A stretch of 64,000 bases of DNA from NCBI GenBank assembly GCA_951406725.2, contig OX597835.1, forward strand, positions 22,692,001-22,756,000, written 5' to 3'. Position 1 is the first letter of the stretch. Every line of letters starts with the position of its first letter. Position numbers and translations under genes: made by a program. The DNA is from Octopus vulgaris (taxonomy: Eukaryota). Under the pieces are notes generated by a model, which searched no databases, had not been told where the DNA came from, and saw nothing but the letters and a program-made list of their open reading frames with translations. Of this stretch, positions 24,755-38,412 are shown piece after piece.

Positions 24755-25334
24755 TCTTTTCTCTCTTTTACTCTTTTACTTGTTTCAGTCATTTGACTGC
24801 GGCCATGCTGGAGCACCGCCTTTAGTCGAGCAAATCGACCCCGGGACTTATTCTTTGTAAGCCCAGTACTTATTCTATCAGTCTCTTTTGCTGAACCGCT
24901 AAGTGACGGGGACGTAAACACATCAGCATCGGTTGTCAAGCAATGCTAGAGGGACAAACACAGACAAACATATACACACACATACATACATATATATATG
25001 TATGTATGTGGTTGGCGTTAGGAAGGGCATCCAGCTGTAGAAACATTGCCAGATAAGACTGGAGCCTGGTGCAGCCTTCTGGCTTCCCAGATCCCCGGTC
25101 GAACCGTCCAACCCATGCTAGCATGGAGAACGGACGTTAAACGATGATGATGATATATATATATATATATATATACGACAGGCTTCTTTCAGTTTCCGTC
25201 TACCAAATCCACTCACAAGGCTTTGGTTGGCCCGAGGCTATAGTAGAAGACGCTTGCCCAAGGTGCCACGCAGTGGGACTGAACCCGGAACCATGTGGTT
25301 GGTAAGCAAGCTACTTACCACACAGCCACTCCTG
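24318..25334. mobile_element. Tail-to-tail inverted pair of family-A CORE SINEs; the minus copy carries an RTE 3'-end insert at 25008-25153
   Basis: + copy 24318-24711 and - copy ~24752-25334, separated by (AT)n. Confidence 0.85.
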
Positions 25335-25574
25335 TATATAATAGTAATAACAATAATTCTGGGATGGAATTTCTAAATATTTAATACATCCTTATTACAT
25401 ATTTATGCATATTTATGAATTCCATTCTATTGTTATATTTATCCTACATTATATAACCATGATGTAACTCCAAAAAACTGACTCAATAGTCAGCATCATT
25501 AGACTGTTGCCAGCATAATGAAATAGGAGCCTTATTTGCATATTCAAAACATTTCCCATAAGCAAATTCAAAAG

Positions 25575-25620
<46 letters not shown>

Positions 25621-25684
25621 AATAAAATACAGTGTACATTAAAAACTGGTAGTAAAAATTTCTATAATTTTTATTACCCTGATA

Positions 25685-26060
<376 letters not shown>

Positions 26061-26069
26061 TTATATATA

Positions 26070-26497
26070 TCATCATCATTTCACCATTTAGCATCTGCTT
26101 TCCATGCTAGCATGGGTTGGACGGTTCAACTGGGGTCTGGGAAGCCAGAAGGCTGCACCAGGCCCAGTCTTATCTGGCAGTGTTTCTACGGCTGGATGCC
26201 CTTCCTAACGCCAACCACTTCGTGAGTGCAGTGGGTGCTTTTTACGTGCCACCTGCACAGGTGCCAGACGGGGCTGGCAAACGGCCACGAACTGATGGTG
26301 CTTTTACGTGCCACCGGCACGGGGGCCAGGCGAGGCTGGCAACGGACATGAACGGATGGTGCTTTTACGTGCCACCGGCACGGGGGTGAGGCGAGGCTGG
26401 CAACGGACACGAATGGATGGTGCTTTTACGTGCCACCGGCACGGGGGCCAGGCGAGGCTGGCAACGGACACGAGCATACGGTGCTTTTACGTGCCAC
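26070..26497 (-). mobile_element. RTE LINE 3' end with GC-rich repeats
   Basis: Reverse complement of the 32770-33104-type sequence. Further copies at 29872-30283 (+), 30719-30811 (-), 33511-33842 (-), 60115-60440 (-) and 63668-63800 (+). Confidence 0.8.
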
Positions 26498-26544
26498 GAG
26501 ACCAAAAGTGTATGTATGTCGCTATATGTATATAAAAAAACAAA

Positions 26545-26898
26545 AAAAAAATGGTACAAGAATGTAACAGGCAACAACAAACCATTCAGACAGTTAGATG
26601 ATACAAAAAAAAGGACACAAAAAAGCAAGGACAGGTCATTTGGAGCTTTTAATTGTCAGTTGAGTTCCAGATTGTTGTTGCAGTTTCAGCCAGTTACACT
26701 CAAAACCGCTCTAATCTGGCCAGCCCCAAGAAAATCTAAGCTTCCAGATTAGAGCAGTCTCAAGTGTAACTGGCCAAAACTGCAATGACAATCTGGAATT
26801 CGACTGACAATTGAAAGCTCCAAATGACCCGTCCATGTTTTTCCCTGTCTTTTTTTTTGTATTGTCTGTCACCTGTTACGTTTTTGTTCCATTTTTGT
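26545..26898. repeat. Foldback element (~150-bp arms)
   Basis: ggacaggtcatttggagcttttaattgtcagt...gctctaatctgg versus ccagattagagc...ctgacaattgaaagctccaaatgacccgtcc. Confidence 0.75.
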
Positions 26899-27051
26899 TT
26901 TGTTAATATATATACACACATGTGCAGACTAGTTTGTCAAATATAAAACTTATTCAGATTACTTTGAATTAATCATGCATTTTCTCATAGCTTCAAAATT
27001 TTGATGATGTTGTAGCATGTTCATGAAGAAAGACTTGTTGTCAGTATACAT

Positions 27052-27268
27052 ACAAGTTGGCGTTGAAAAGTTCCTGGCTTTGGGTAAAAGAAAACACAGG
27101 AGGATCAATTAATTATGATGTTATTCACCATATTCCCCTCTCAGATTCACACACTTATTGCAGTGGTCTTTCAGTTTTTCTAAGCCCTGTAAAAGTACTT
27201 CGAAGGTTGGGCCTCCAACCATGCCCTTTGTGATACTCTTAAAGCCAGGAACTAGTCAGCCTCCCCAC
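27052..27268. mobile_element. mariner-type MITE
   Basis: TIRs gttgaaaagttcctggcttt / aaagccaggaactagtcagc. Confidence 0.6.
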
Positions 27269-28249
27269 CACCACTACCATACATAATTTATTGCAACATT
27301 AATACGGAACGTGTTCATGCAAAAAGAGTAAATTTTATATGAAACCACATATATTACAGGTTCAGAAGATCTTCATTAGAAATTCGCATTTTGGTTGGTT
27401 TTTACACATTAGTGCATATTCTTGTTGCCATGTTGCCATGGTATGTTTCTTCATTTATCGCACCAGGTTGAGTATGTAGCTGTGAGAACAGCTATTAGTG
27501 AGAGCGAAATCCACCAAAGACTGAATTCACTCGGGATCTGAGTTCATTCTGGCTCCTTCATGCTAAAACCAGTTATATTTGTAGCCCCTGTTTACAGAAA
27601 GTTCTAGTCATTGCTGCCAGACTGTCACATAAACAAAGGGTGTTGACTGGACTGAAAAGGGGCCTGCCTACATAATAAGCTCATGATTCCCATATGGGAA
27701 AATGCAGGGCCGAATTGAAGTGTTATAATGTGATTGTATATTTTTAGAATGGCATTGTAGGGTAGGTGTGAAAGTTCAGATCTGGCTGGTTTGAACATAA
27801 AAACAGTAGAATATTTGAGCCGGATGTGGCCAGTTTAAATGCTAAAGGGTTAAACATGATCAGCCTCACAAGAATGAAGGACAACTCCGAATAATAAGAC
27901 CCCAGAACAACAGCAAAACAGCTGGTGTACATTTAGTTGTTGTAGTCAGCTCTGAGGATGCAGGCCTGTGGTCCAAGGCAGTCAAGCCATGACTATCACA
28001 TCTTACTAATCTAGAAATCCTGGAGAGAACAAGGATGGTCCTGACTTTGTACACTTTTGACTTGGGAGTTAAAAAAAAGACAACAACAAAAATAAAATAT
28101 ACAGACATGACAACAACAACATAATGGTTGGGAGAGAGAGAGAGAGTATATACATGTATAGACTGCAACACCGCATTATATGCAATCAACCCCTCCTTAT
28201 TAAGATGTGCAATATTGACCTCAATTAGATAGAGGAGACTATTGTGAAA

Positions 28250-28582
28250 GGAAAGACACCCTTTGGTCACAAATGACCATGGGATTGCACCTAGAAAGTT
28301 TCCCTCCTAAGTATGAGTCTGGGTATAGTTGTTCATGGAAGACCAGCAGTCACCCATGCATATCAGTTTCTCCTCTCTTCACCTCTGATGTTGTCCAAGG
28401 GAAAGGCAAAGGGGCCAATACAACTTGGGACCAGTGATGTCGCAACACATTCCTACAGCTGAGTGAACTGGAGCAACGTGAAATATAAAGAGTCTTGCTC
28501 AAGACCACAACACACAGGCCAGTTTGCAAATTGAACACACAGCCTTACGACTGCGAGGCCAATGTTCTAACCACTGAGCTGT
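28250..28582 (-). mobile_element. tRNA(Arg)-like SINE (family D)
   Basis: Homologous to 48050-48380 and 59900-60112 (gagtgaactggagcaacgtgaaat...gtcttgctcaag...ctaaccactgagc). Confidence 0.75.
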
Positions 28583-28715
28583 TGTATGGAATGGTATATG
28601 TGAGGCTATTATGGATTTATGGTTTGCATTTAGTTGCTCTTTCAGGGTACACTACAGTCTGCTGGGTCAGAACTGACCAGGAGCTAAATTACAAAAACAA
28701 CAACATCATATAGGC

Positions 28716-29121
28716 GCAGGAGTGGCTGTGTGGTAAGTAGCTTGCTAACCAACCACATGGTTCCGGGTTCAGTCCCACTGTGTGGCATCTTGGGCAAGTG
28801 TCCTCTGCTATAGCCTCGGGCCAACCAAAGCCTTGTTAGTGGATTTGGTAGACGGAAACTGAAAGAAGCCTGTCGTATATATGTATATATATATATATAT
28901 ATATGTGTGCGTGTATGTTTGTGCATCTGTGTTTGTTCCCTAGCATTGCTTGACAACCGATGCTGGTGTGTTTATGTCCCCGTCACTTAGCGGTTTGGCA
29001 AAAGAGACCGATAGAATAAGTACTGGGCTTACAAAGAATAAGTCCCGGGGTCGATTTGCTCGACTAAAGGCGGTGCTCCAGCATGGCCGCAGTCAAAATG
29101 ACCGAAAGAAGTAAAAGAGTA
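28716..29121 (+). mobile_element. Full-length family-A CORE SINE
   Basis: tRNA head ggagtggctgtgtggtaag...gggttcagtccc, CORE-like tggcatcttgggcaagtgtc, internal (TA)n(TG)n, 3' ggcggtgctccagcatggccgcag...gtaaaagag. Young copies also at 49731-50127 (+), 51630-52029 (+) and 62003-62415 (-); older ones at 41895, 43243, 46560, 54600 and 59315. Confidence 0.88.
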
Positions 29122-29748
29122 TATTGCCGTCTTCCATAAAAAAAAAGAAACCCATGAAGCCGGGTGCCAGGGTATGTAATGAAAAATAACTAAAACAACC
29201 AATACAGGCTGAGGCTGTTATGAATCTACAGTTTGCATCTAGTCGCTTCTTCTGAGCACCAACATGCTATAGGCCTGCTGGATCATAACTGACCTTGGGC
29301 TATTACAACAACACTACAGGCTGGGTGCTTATGTACCTTGTGTAAAACAACAAAACGCAACTGCGGGTAGCTTCTTCAAAGTAAAAGGTTATAGTTGCTG
29401 GGTTTGTGCATAAAAATAGCAACTTAAGAATAACGAACACCAATAAAGAACACCCTGCTCTTTCACTTCTGCTGGTTTCTTCAGTTACAGCTTCTAAGAC
29501 AACCAAAACACTTACAACACACCACCATCACCACAACCACCACCACCATCACTGCCAATAACCACCACCACCACTGTTCTGTCCCTTCATTGCAGCACTC
29601 TCCCACCGCACACACATACACCCTTTTGCACACACATTCTTACAATTGCATAAATTCTCACAGAGATGCATTAATATCTTGAGAGTAAGCAGATTTCTTT
29701 CATAGTTTTTGTTAAATACTACACCTTGCAGGTGTATGTGTGCATCTA

Positions 29749-29789
<41 letters not shown>

Positions 29790-29795
29790 CACACA

Positions 29796-29837
<42 letters not shown>

Positions 29838-30299
29838 TGTATATATGTAATGTAAATTTTATATATATATATGTAAAAAGCACCATCCGTTCGTGGCCAT
29901 TTGCCAGACTCGTCTGGCACCACCATCCGTTCGTGGCCGTTGCCAGCACCGTCCCGACTGGCCTCGTGCCGGTGGCACGTAAAAAGCACCATCCGTTCGT
30001 GGCCGTTGCCAGCCTTGCCTGGCCCTCGTGCCAGTGGCACGCAAAAAGCACCATCCATCTGTGGCCGTTTGCCAGCTCCGTCTGGCACCTGTGCGGGTGG
30101 CACGTAAAAAGCACCCACTACACTCACGGAGTGGTTGGCATTAGGAAGGGCATCCAGCCGTAGAAACACTGCCAGATCAGACTGGGCCTGATGCAGCCTT
30201 CTGGCTTCACAGACCCCAGTTCAACCATCCAACCCATGCTAGCATGGAAAGCGGACACTAAATGATGATGATGATGATGATGATATATATATACATATA

Positions 30300-30393
<94 letters not shown>

Positions 30394-30394
30394 T

Positions 30395-30551
<157 letters not shown>

Positions 30552-30807
30552 TATATGTATATAATTAATTAATAAGGGTGAGAGAATTAGATACTAATTT
30601 AATAGTATATTTATTCCACACCAAGTGGCCTAGTGCTACGAGAAACCTGGATTATTATAATATTTTATAACATATTATAATATTTACACAAAATAAATAT
30701 AAGAGAGTGGTCACTTATATCATCATCATCATCATCATCATTTAGCGTCCGCTTTCCATGCTAGCATGGGTTCGATGGTTCAACTGGGGTCTGTGAAGCC
30801 AGAAGGC

Positions 30808-30845
<38 letters not shown>

Positions 30846-30854
30846 TATACATAT

Positions 30855-33104
30855 GATGGTTCACTTGCGCTAAATGAGGATGCAAAGAGAGAGGTTTGGA
30901 GATGCCACTATGAAAGGTTGCTGAATAAAGAAAATGAATGGGATAAAGAGAGTCTGCCAAATGTCAACCCAACAGAGGGACCAGCCATCTGAGTTGAAAA
31001 TTCTTTGGTAGTTAAAGCAATTAGAAGCATGAAGACAGGGAAAGCCCCAGGCCCATCAGGAATTACTGCAGAGATGCTCAAAATATCTGGCAGTGTCGGC
31101 TATAACTTAGTCACCCATATAGTCAACCAGGTGATACACGAAGGAGTCATACCCAATGACTAGTGTAGCAGCATACTAGTCAACTGCTATAAAGGTAAAG
31201 GTGATGCCCTAGATACAAATAATTACAGAGGTATCAAGCTGTTGGATCAGGTAATGAAGGTTACAGAGAGGCTCATTGCCCAACTAATTAGAGAGAGAGT
31301 TAGTTTAGATGAGATGCAGTTTGGGTTCGTGCCAGGGAAAAGTACCACTGATGCTATATTCCTGGTAAGGCAGCTGCAGGAGAAATACCTAGCCAAAGAT
31401 AAGCCCCTTATCTGGTGGTCAATGAGGAAACTAGGGATAGATGAATGGCTGGTGAGGGCTGTGCAAGCCATGTACAGAGATGCCGTAAGTAAAGTGAGGG
31501 TTGGCAACATGTACACAGAAGAATTCAAAGTAGAGGTTGGGGTCCACCAGGGTTCAGTACTCAGCCCCCTCCTATTTATCATAGTCCTCCAGGCAATTAC
31601 GGAGGAATTCAAGACAGGTTGCCCCTGGGAGCTCCTCTACGCTGACGACCTTGCTCTAATTGCTGAGTCACTATCAGAACTGGAGGAGAAGTTCCAGGTG
31701 TGGAAGGAGGGTTTAGAATCGAGGGGCCTTAGAGTCAACCTAGCTAAAACCAAAGTACTAATAAGTAGGAAGGTAGACAATCCACAAATGTCTTCAGGAA
31801 GATGGCCCTGCTCGATCTGTAGAAAAGGTGTAGGTAGAAACTCTATAAGATGTACCCAGTGTAAGCTATGGACACATAAGAGGTGCAGCAATGTCAAAGG
31901 TAGGCTAACTGGGAAGATAGTTTTTGTATGTGGCAGATGCTTGGGAGCATTAACCTCCGAAAATCTGCAGAAAACAACTTCCGTCACTTTCCAGGGGGAA
32001 AAACTAGAAGTAGTTGATAGCTTCCGTTATCTAGGTGACCAAGTAAGTAGTGGGGGTGGGTGCGCTGAAAGTGTAACTGCTAGAATAAGAATAGCCTGGG
32101 CAAAGTTTAGGGAGCTCTTACCTCTGCTGGTGACTAAAGGCCTCTCGATCAGAGTAAAAGGCAGACTGTATGATGCATGTGTACAAACAGCCATGCTACA
32201 TGGCAGTGAAACATGGGCTGTGACTGCTGAGGACATGCGTAAGCTCGTGAGGAATGAAGCCAGTATGCTCCGATGGATGTGTAATGTCAGTGTACATACT
32301 CGACAGAGCGTTAGTACCTTGAGAGAAATGTTGTACCTAAGAAGCATCAGTTGTGGTGTGCAAGAGAGACGATTGTGCTGGTATGGTCATGTGGCGAGAA
32401 TGGATGAAGATAGGTGTGTGAGAAAGTGCCAATCCCTAGCAGTTGAGGGAACCCGTGGAAGAGGTAGACCCAGGAAAACCTGGGACGAGGTGGTGAAGCA
32501 CGACCTTCGAACTTTAGGCCTCACTGAGGAAATGACCAGCGACCGAGACCTTTGGAAATATGCTGTATGTGAGAAGACCAGGCAGGACAAGTGAGCCCAG
32601 CCCACTTATGAATGCCTTTTCTCCCTTGGACACAAAGACCTGTTGAGGCAAGCGAAGTCGATATAGAACCTCATCCAACGACAGGCACCCATGCCAACCC
32701 CCTTTGCTTGCGAAGACATGTTGGGGCAAGCGAAAGCGAAATCGAAATCGAATTGAACCAGCCAGGATCCCTGGTCTGGTGGTACGTAAAAAGCACTATC
32801 CGACTTGTGGCCGATGCCAGCACCGCCTCGACTGGCTTCCGTGCCGGTGGCACGTAAAATACACCAATCCGACCGTGGCCGTTGCCAGCCTCACCTGGCA
32901 CCTGTGCAGGTGGCACGTAAAAAGCACCCACTACACTCACGGAGTGGTTGGCGTTAGGAAGGGCATCCAGCTGTAGAAACATTGCCAGATAAGACTGGAG
33001 CCTGGTGTAGCCTTCTGGCTTCCCAGATCCCCGGTCAAACCATCCAACCCATGCTAGCATGGAGAACGGACGTTAAATAATGATGATGATGATGATGATG
33101 ATGA
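30855..33104 (+). mobile_element. 5'-truncated RTE-clade LINE (RT + Cys/His finger + 3'UTR + (GAT)n tail)
   Basis: ORF 31242-32594 has QFGFVPGKSTTDAIF, GVHQGSVLSP, YADD, FRYLG and RGRGRPRKTW. Upstream stops and loss of the DLEKAFD motif after KDKPL indicate a dead copy. Confidence 0.92.
31242..32594 (+). pseudogene. RTE reverse transcriptase ORF (internally deleted)
   Basis: 450-aa ORF with RT motifs; lacks the endonuclease domain and the F.D..KAFD segment. Confidence 0.85.
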
Positions 33105-34046
33105 TATATATATAGATATATATACAAATATATATATACATATATATATGTGTGTATGTATGTATATTTATATATATATATATATATATATACATACACA
33201 CATATATATATATGTATATATATATATATGTAATATGTATGAACTGGACAAGAGGTAGGGGTGGAAAGTAAACAAGGAATGAAAGAAGGCTAAACTATTT
33301 TGGTAGAGAGACATTAGCATTAAGAGTTTCATCTATCAGATATTTCTAAGGACAATTCTGAAAATAAACACTTGTTGATATAGACTGGAATTTTAAAATA
33401 TTGTCAGACAACCCCCCCACACACACACACACATACACAACACAACACACTTATATACAGACACACACACACAGGTATATATCTGTCTGTTTCTCTCTCT
33501 CTCTCTCTCTCATGCTAGCATGGGTTGGACGGTTCGACTGGGGATCTGGGAAGCCAGAAGGCTGCACCAGGCTCCAGTCTTATCTGGCAATGTTTCTACA
33601 GCTGGATGCCCTTCCTAACACCAACCACTCCGTGAATGTAGTGGGTGCTTTTTACGTGCCACCGGCACAGGTGCCAGGCGAGGCTGGCAACGGCCACGGT
33701 TGGATTGGTGCAATTTACGTGCCACCGGCACGGAAGCCAGTCGAGGTTGCGCTGGCATCGGCCACGATTCGGATAGTGCTTTTTATGTACCACCAGTCCA
33801 GGGGACCTGGCATCTGCCGGGTGCCAGTCATAGGATTGGTTCAAATATGAATAATAGTTTCAAATTTTTCCACAAGGGCAGCTATTTTGGGGGAGAGTCC
33901 TAGGGTATTAGTCGGTTACATCGACCCCAGTGTTTCTCTGGTTCTTAATTTATCAACCTCGAAAGACTGAAAGGCAAAGTAAAACATATGAATAATAGAA
34001 AATGGATTGAGCAACATGCTTTATTGCATAACATCACAATTCTTTC

Positions 34047-35101
34047 ATCGTTGCATTGCGTTTGTAGACTATGAGAAGGCCTTCGATAGCATCGAAACCA
34101 ATGCAGTGCTGAACTCACTGCAGAGGCAAGGAGTCGAGGTGCAATATGTGCAACTGCTCAGGGAGGCAAATTCCGGATGCACCACCGACATAGCTCTACT
34201 GTCATCACCTGTATGAGTGCCGGTCAAGAAGGGAGTGAAACAAGGAGATACGATATCCCCAAAACTTTTCACCGCATGTCTCGAACAGATCATCAGAAGC
34301 ATCGACTGGCAAGGCGGTGTCAACATCAATGGCAAGCTCCTCACCCATCTCCATTTCGCTGACACATTGTATTCATCGCTGAAACCACGAGTCAGCTTCA
34401 GACCATGCTGACGGACTTCGACATCAAAAGCTCTGCAGTAGGTCTCAAGATGAACCGCATGAAAATGAAGTTCATGCGGTCAGACAACGTACCAACAGGT
34501 CGAATGGTGATCGGCAGTGAGGAAATAGAGGAGGTAAAGGAATATGTCTACCTGGGACAGGAAGTGAATATGTGCTGAGATATCAAAAAGGAAATCAAAA
34601 AGGAAATCTCACGGAGAGTAAGGGCTGGATGGAAAGCGTTTAATGGCATAAGGGATGTGCTCAAGGGAAGGTTGGACAGGACCACCCGCGCCAACCTCAT
34701 CAACAGTACAGTTCTACCTGCAATGTTATATGAAACATGGGCTACCATAAAGTGAGAAGAGCAGAGACTGGTAACAGCTCAAAGAGCCATGGAAAGGTCA
34801 ATGCTTCGTATCTCGTTGAGAGAGCACATCTGTAGCGAGATCATCAGAAAAAAGTCCGGTGTGAGGGATGTCATCAAAGAGTATACACACAGATGGGCTA
34901 GACACATTGCCTCCGCGCAGTTGTTGAGTGGTACCCACACAAGCGGAAACAATCACCCGGAAGGCCTCCACGACGGTGGAGCTACGATTTCAGGAGGACG
35001 ATTGGGATCACGTGGATGAGAAAGGCGCAATCCATAGAGGAGTGGACAGAGTGCTGTGACCAGCGGTGTCAAATGGACGCCTGACGGACTGGTCAGACAA
35101 G

Positions 35102-35105
<4 letters not shown>
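34047..35105 (+). mobile_element. Degenerate RTE-1-type LINE RT fragment (second RTE family)
   Basis: CIAFVDYEKAFDSIE...KGVKQGDTISPKLF...LTHLHFAD...YVYLGQ...MERSML, broken by stops and frameshifts. Confidence 0.85.
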
Positions 35106-35154
<49 letters not shown>

Positions 35155-35299
35155 CAAGGAGTTTTCATCATGGGTGGCTGAAACTAATAGGTATGCACTC
35201 TGAGTACTCAAATATGTATACCACTAAGATTCTGGTTTGAACTGAAGTTGAAGTTGTGATTTTGTGACTGCTTTATTGAATGCAGCTGGAAGGGATACT

Positions 35300-35700
35300 G
35301 GGAGGTGGCCATGGATTTGGAAAGATTATTATGTCCATTCATAAAAACAACAAAAAAACCCAGCTTAATCCTCTAGAATACAGGCTGGAAAATTGGAATT
35401 TTGCTAGATCTGACAGTGCCGTGGGAAGAGAACATTGCTAATGTAGAGCTTCAGAAGGAGAGGAGGTATGAGAAATTAACCAAAGAGTGTGGGGAACGGA
35501 GGTGGACTGTTGAGTATTACCACCTGGCAGTGGGGGCTAGAGATTTCATTGAAAGGAAAATGGTAATGTTATTCAAAAGAAGCACAGAAATGAGAAAAGT
35601 AATAAGGAGGATACAGGAGGCAGTCGACAAAGCCAGCTTCTAAATATGGCTAAAACGAGGTCTCAAGAAGACATGCAGACTTGGAAATAGAGTCACCAGG
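35300..35700 (+). mobile_element. Restriction-like endonuclease fragment of an early-branched (Hero/NeSL-type) non-LTR element
   Basis: LDLTVPWEENI...KERRYEKLTKECGERRW....LAVGARDF matches the ELTVPWE...K..KY..L...GW...EVG.RGF motif. Confidence 0.65.
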
Positions 35701-36778
35701 TGAGGCTGGCTGGCACCAGGTAAGGCATTGCTGCTTGACAGGTGGGCCAAGGAAACCATTTCATTCATTGCATGCCCTCCTCCCCAATAGTTCGAAGGCT
35801 TGTACCACGAGACAGCTAGTTGGCTCTGGCTGCTGGAGCTGAAACATACACGACTCTGTTGGAAGGTAGATCTAGAGAGGGCATGGGCCAAAACTATGTG
35901 GCCTTCCCCTCCATTGGTCAGTTGAAGGTCATGTGACATTTAGCTGGTGCTGGCTGCAGGAGCCTACTGGGGAGTATTTAAAGGGAAATTTGGTAGGATG
36001 GTCATTCACCTGCTGACATTCGTTGACACTGCATCAAAGAACAAAAAAAACAAAGAAAAAACACACTCGACACCAGAGCTGAAGACACCTCCAAAAGGAA
36101 GGAGGCTGCCATGTTGAAAACAGTAGAGGAGTTGGGGTCGAAACTGGATGTGGTTCCTCTTGATGATGACCTCAGCCCTGGATCCTATAAAGGAGTTGTT
36201 GAGGTAGCAAACCATGAAAAGTGGATGGAATTCCTCCATGACAAATATATTTTACATTCTTCATTATTTTTATTAATTAATTGAAACAAAGGTGAAGTAT
36301 TTCAACAGAAATATGGTAGCAAAAAGGTTAAGAGGCTAATGATGATGATGATGGTGGTGGTGGTGGTGGCAGCAATGGCAACGGGGGTGGCAGTGTTGGT
36401 GGTGGCAATTTCATTTACAAAATCTCTGCATGTATGTGTGTGTGTACCAAAGTATATCTTATTCTGTAGTCAATACAGATTACCTGCTGTGATAATGGAC
36501 GAGAAGATTAACTAAAAACAAAAAAAAAAAAAGACTAATCAGAGGAAAGAAGAGAGGAGAGAGAGAGAGAAAAGATGGGAGATGGGTGATGCAGACAGAT
36601 ATTATGCACAAATAAAACATAAGCACGTGCACACACACACACACATGTAGGTGCGTGTGTGGGGGATGTGATATGGGATATGTGATATAAACAGGGGTTG
36701 CCTCATAAATTAACATAGATTAGAATACATTTTTCAGATATTTCCAGCATGCATTTGTACTGAACACCTTTGTTTTAC

Positions 36779-36817
<39 letters not shown>

Positions 36818-36869
36818 AAAACACACACACACACATACACACAGAGCAACAGACATTTGTACATTACTG

Positions 36870-36931
36870 CATATACTTTATACACACTTTCTGACAAGTT
36901 GTGGTGCACCTGAGCACTGTATACAATAATT

Positions 36932-36977
<46 letters not shown>
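36870..36977 (+). mobile_element. CR1-type LINE extreme 3' end with (TTA)n tail
   Basis: ctgacaagttgtggtgcacctgagcactgtatacaataatttca(tta)n. Confidence 0.8.
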
Positions 36978-36978
<1 letters not shown>

Positions 36979-37158
36979 TGTTTTTATGTTAAAACAAAAT
37001 AAAAATTTATTGCATTAAACTGAAGGGTCACTCAATACAGTTGGTAGAGTACAAAATTATTATTCTTTAACAAGAAAAGTATTGACAGTGACTTCAAAGT
37101 ATCATCAGACTGTAATAAACTTCAAATTCACTGTCAATATTATTCTTATTTGACAATT

Positions 37159-37225
<67 letters not shown>

Positions 37226-37920
37226 TGATGAACTCCCCTACTGGTTTCAACATCTGAGGATCTGACAACCTACATTTTCTTTGTCAGTCATAATGCTTGT
37301 GTCAAATGTGACATTTGAGCCCTGCCAATGACTTGCAAAAATGCTCACAGATGTTGCAAATATGAGGATTATTGGTTAGTGCAGGCTGCATATTTGCAGC
37401 TGCTTTTTTTCATTTACCTTGTGCACCTAAGCCTGTTAATGCAGCTAAATTTACAATAGTGAATGCTAACATACACACATACAGTTTAGCCAATAAGCAT
37501 GCGCAAATGAAGACATACAATAGAAATACAAAATGGCTGACGGTTAGTAAGGAGAGACACAAATAAGAAAGAAGAAAACAAAGGACCACTGATGCGGTCA
37601 CAGGAGTGTGACGAAAGAAGTGGCTGCTCCTAACTATGGAAATTGGCAAAGAAAACATTTGTTGGCACATGTGTGTGTGTGAGTGTGTGTTTGAGTGTGT
37701 GTGTGAGTGTGTGTGCTACTTTGCATAGGCCTCTGAGCAGGTATTTCCATGACAACTTGCTCTGTCATGGTCAATGAGACAATCACACACTACACACCTT
37801 CCTTCCAAGCACTGCTGTAAATAATGGAAGTGAGCTAGAACGTTAAAACTTAGTGCACAGGCACAGCAGAGTTCAAGGTCATTCTGTGCCAAGTGGCTTC
37901 ACTCCACGTGCTTTAGCTTC

Positions 37921-37934
37921 GTTACTATGGCAAC
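37921..37934. promoter_or_regulatory. RFX X-box
   Basis: GTTACTATGGCAAC, identical to 18418; a weaker ATTTCCATGACAAC at ~37743. Confidence 0.45.
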
Positions 37935-38007
37935 AGTCCGGATACTTATTGATCAGACCTCGTATATTTACATTTGACGGATATTTGTCTTCATCTTATT
38001 TGTTGTT

Positions 38008-38053
38008 AACACAACGTTTCGGCTGATATACCCTCCAGGCTTCATCAGGTGTC
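38008..38053 (-). ncRNA. Minimal type-I hammerhead motif (left arm)
   Basis: GACAC-CUGAUGA-A-GCCUG(GAGGGUAUAU)CAGCC-GAAA-CG-UU|GUGUU; one mismatch in stem II. Confidence 0.6.
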
Positions 38054-38116
38054 TCGGGGGAAATTTCAAACCTGAGTTCTCATTCCTAAGGTATTTTTCG
38101 ATGTTATTATTATTTA

Positions 38117-38182
<66 letters not shown>

Positions 38183-38412
38183 TCATTGCCTGGAATCGAA
38201 CTCGGAATCTTGGGGTTCGTAGCCCGCGCTCTTAACCACTACGCATATGCCCGTAGTGGTTAAGAGTGCGGGCTACTAACCCCAAGATTCCGAGTTCGAT
38301 TCCAGACAATGACCTGAACAACAACAACAACAACAATAATAATAATTATGATAATAACAACAACATCGAAAAATACCTTAGGAATGAGAACCTAAGTTCG
38401 AAATTTCCCCAA

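Noticed and set aside
24535-24939. Duplicated gene (identical MTTDADV... ORFs)
   Set aside because: Both are translations of the same SINE family in inverted orientation.
26700-26800. Twister or hammerhead motif in the foldback arms
   Set aside because: A closing CCAGATT/AATCTGG helix and GAAAC are present, but there is no CUGANGA core or correctly ordered twister motifs.
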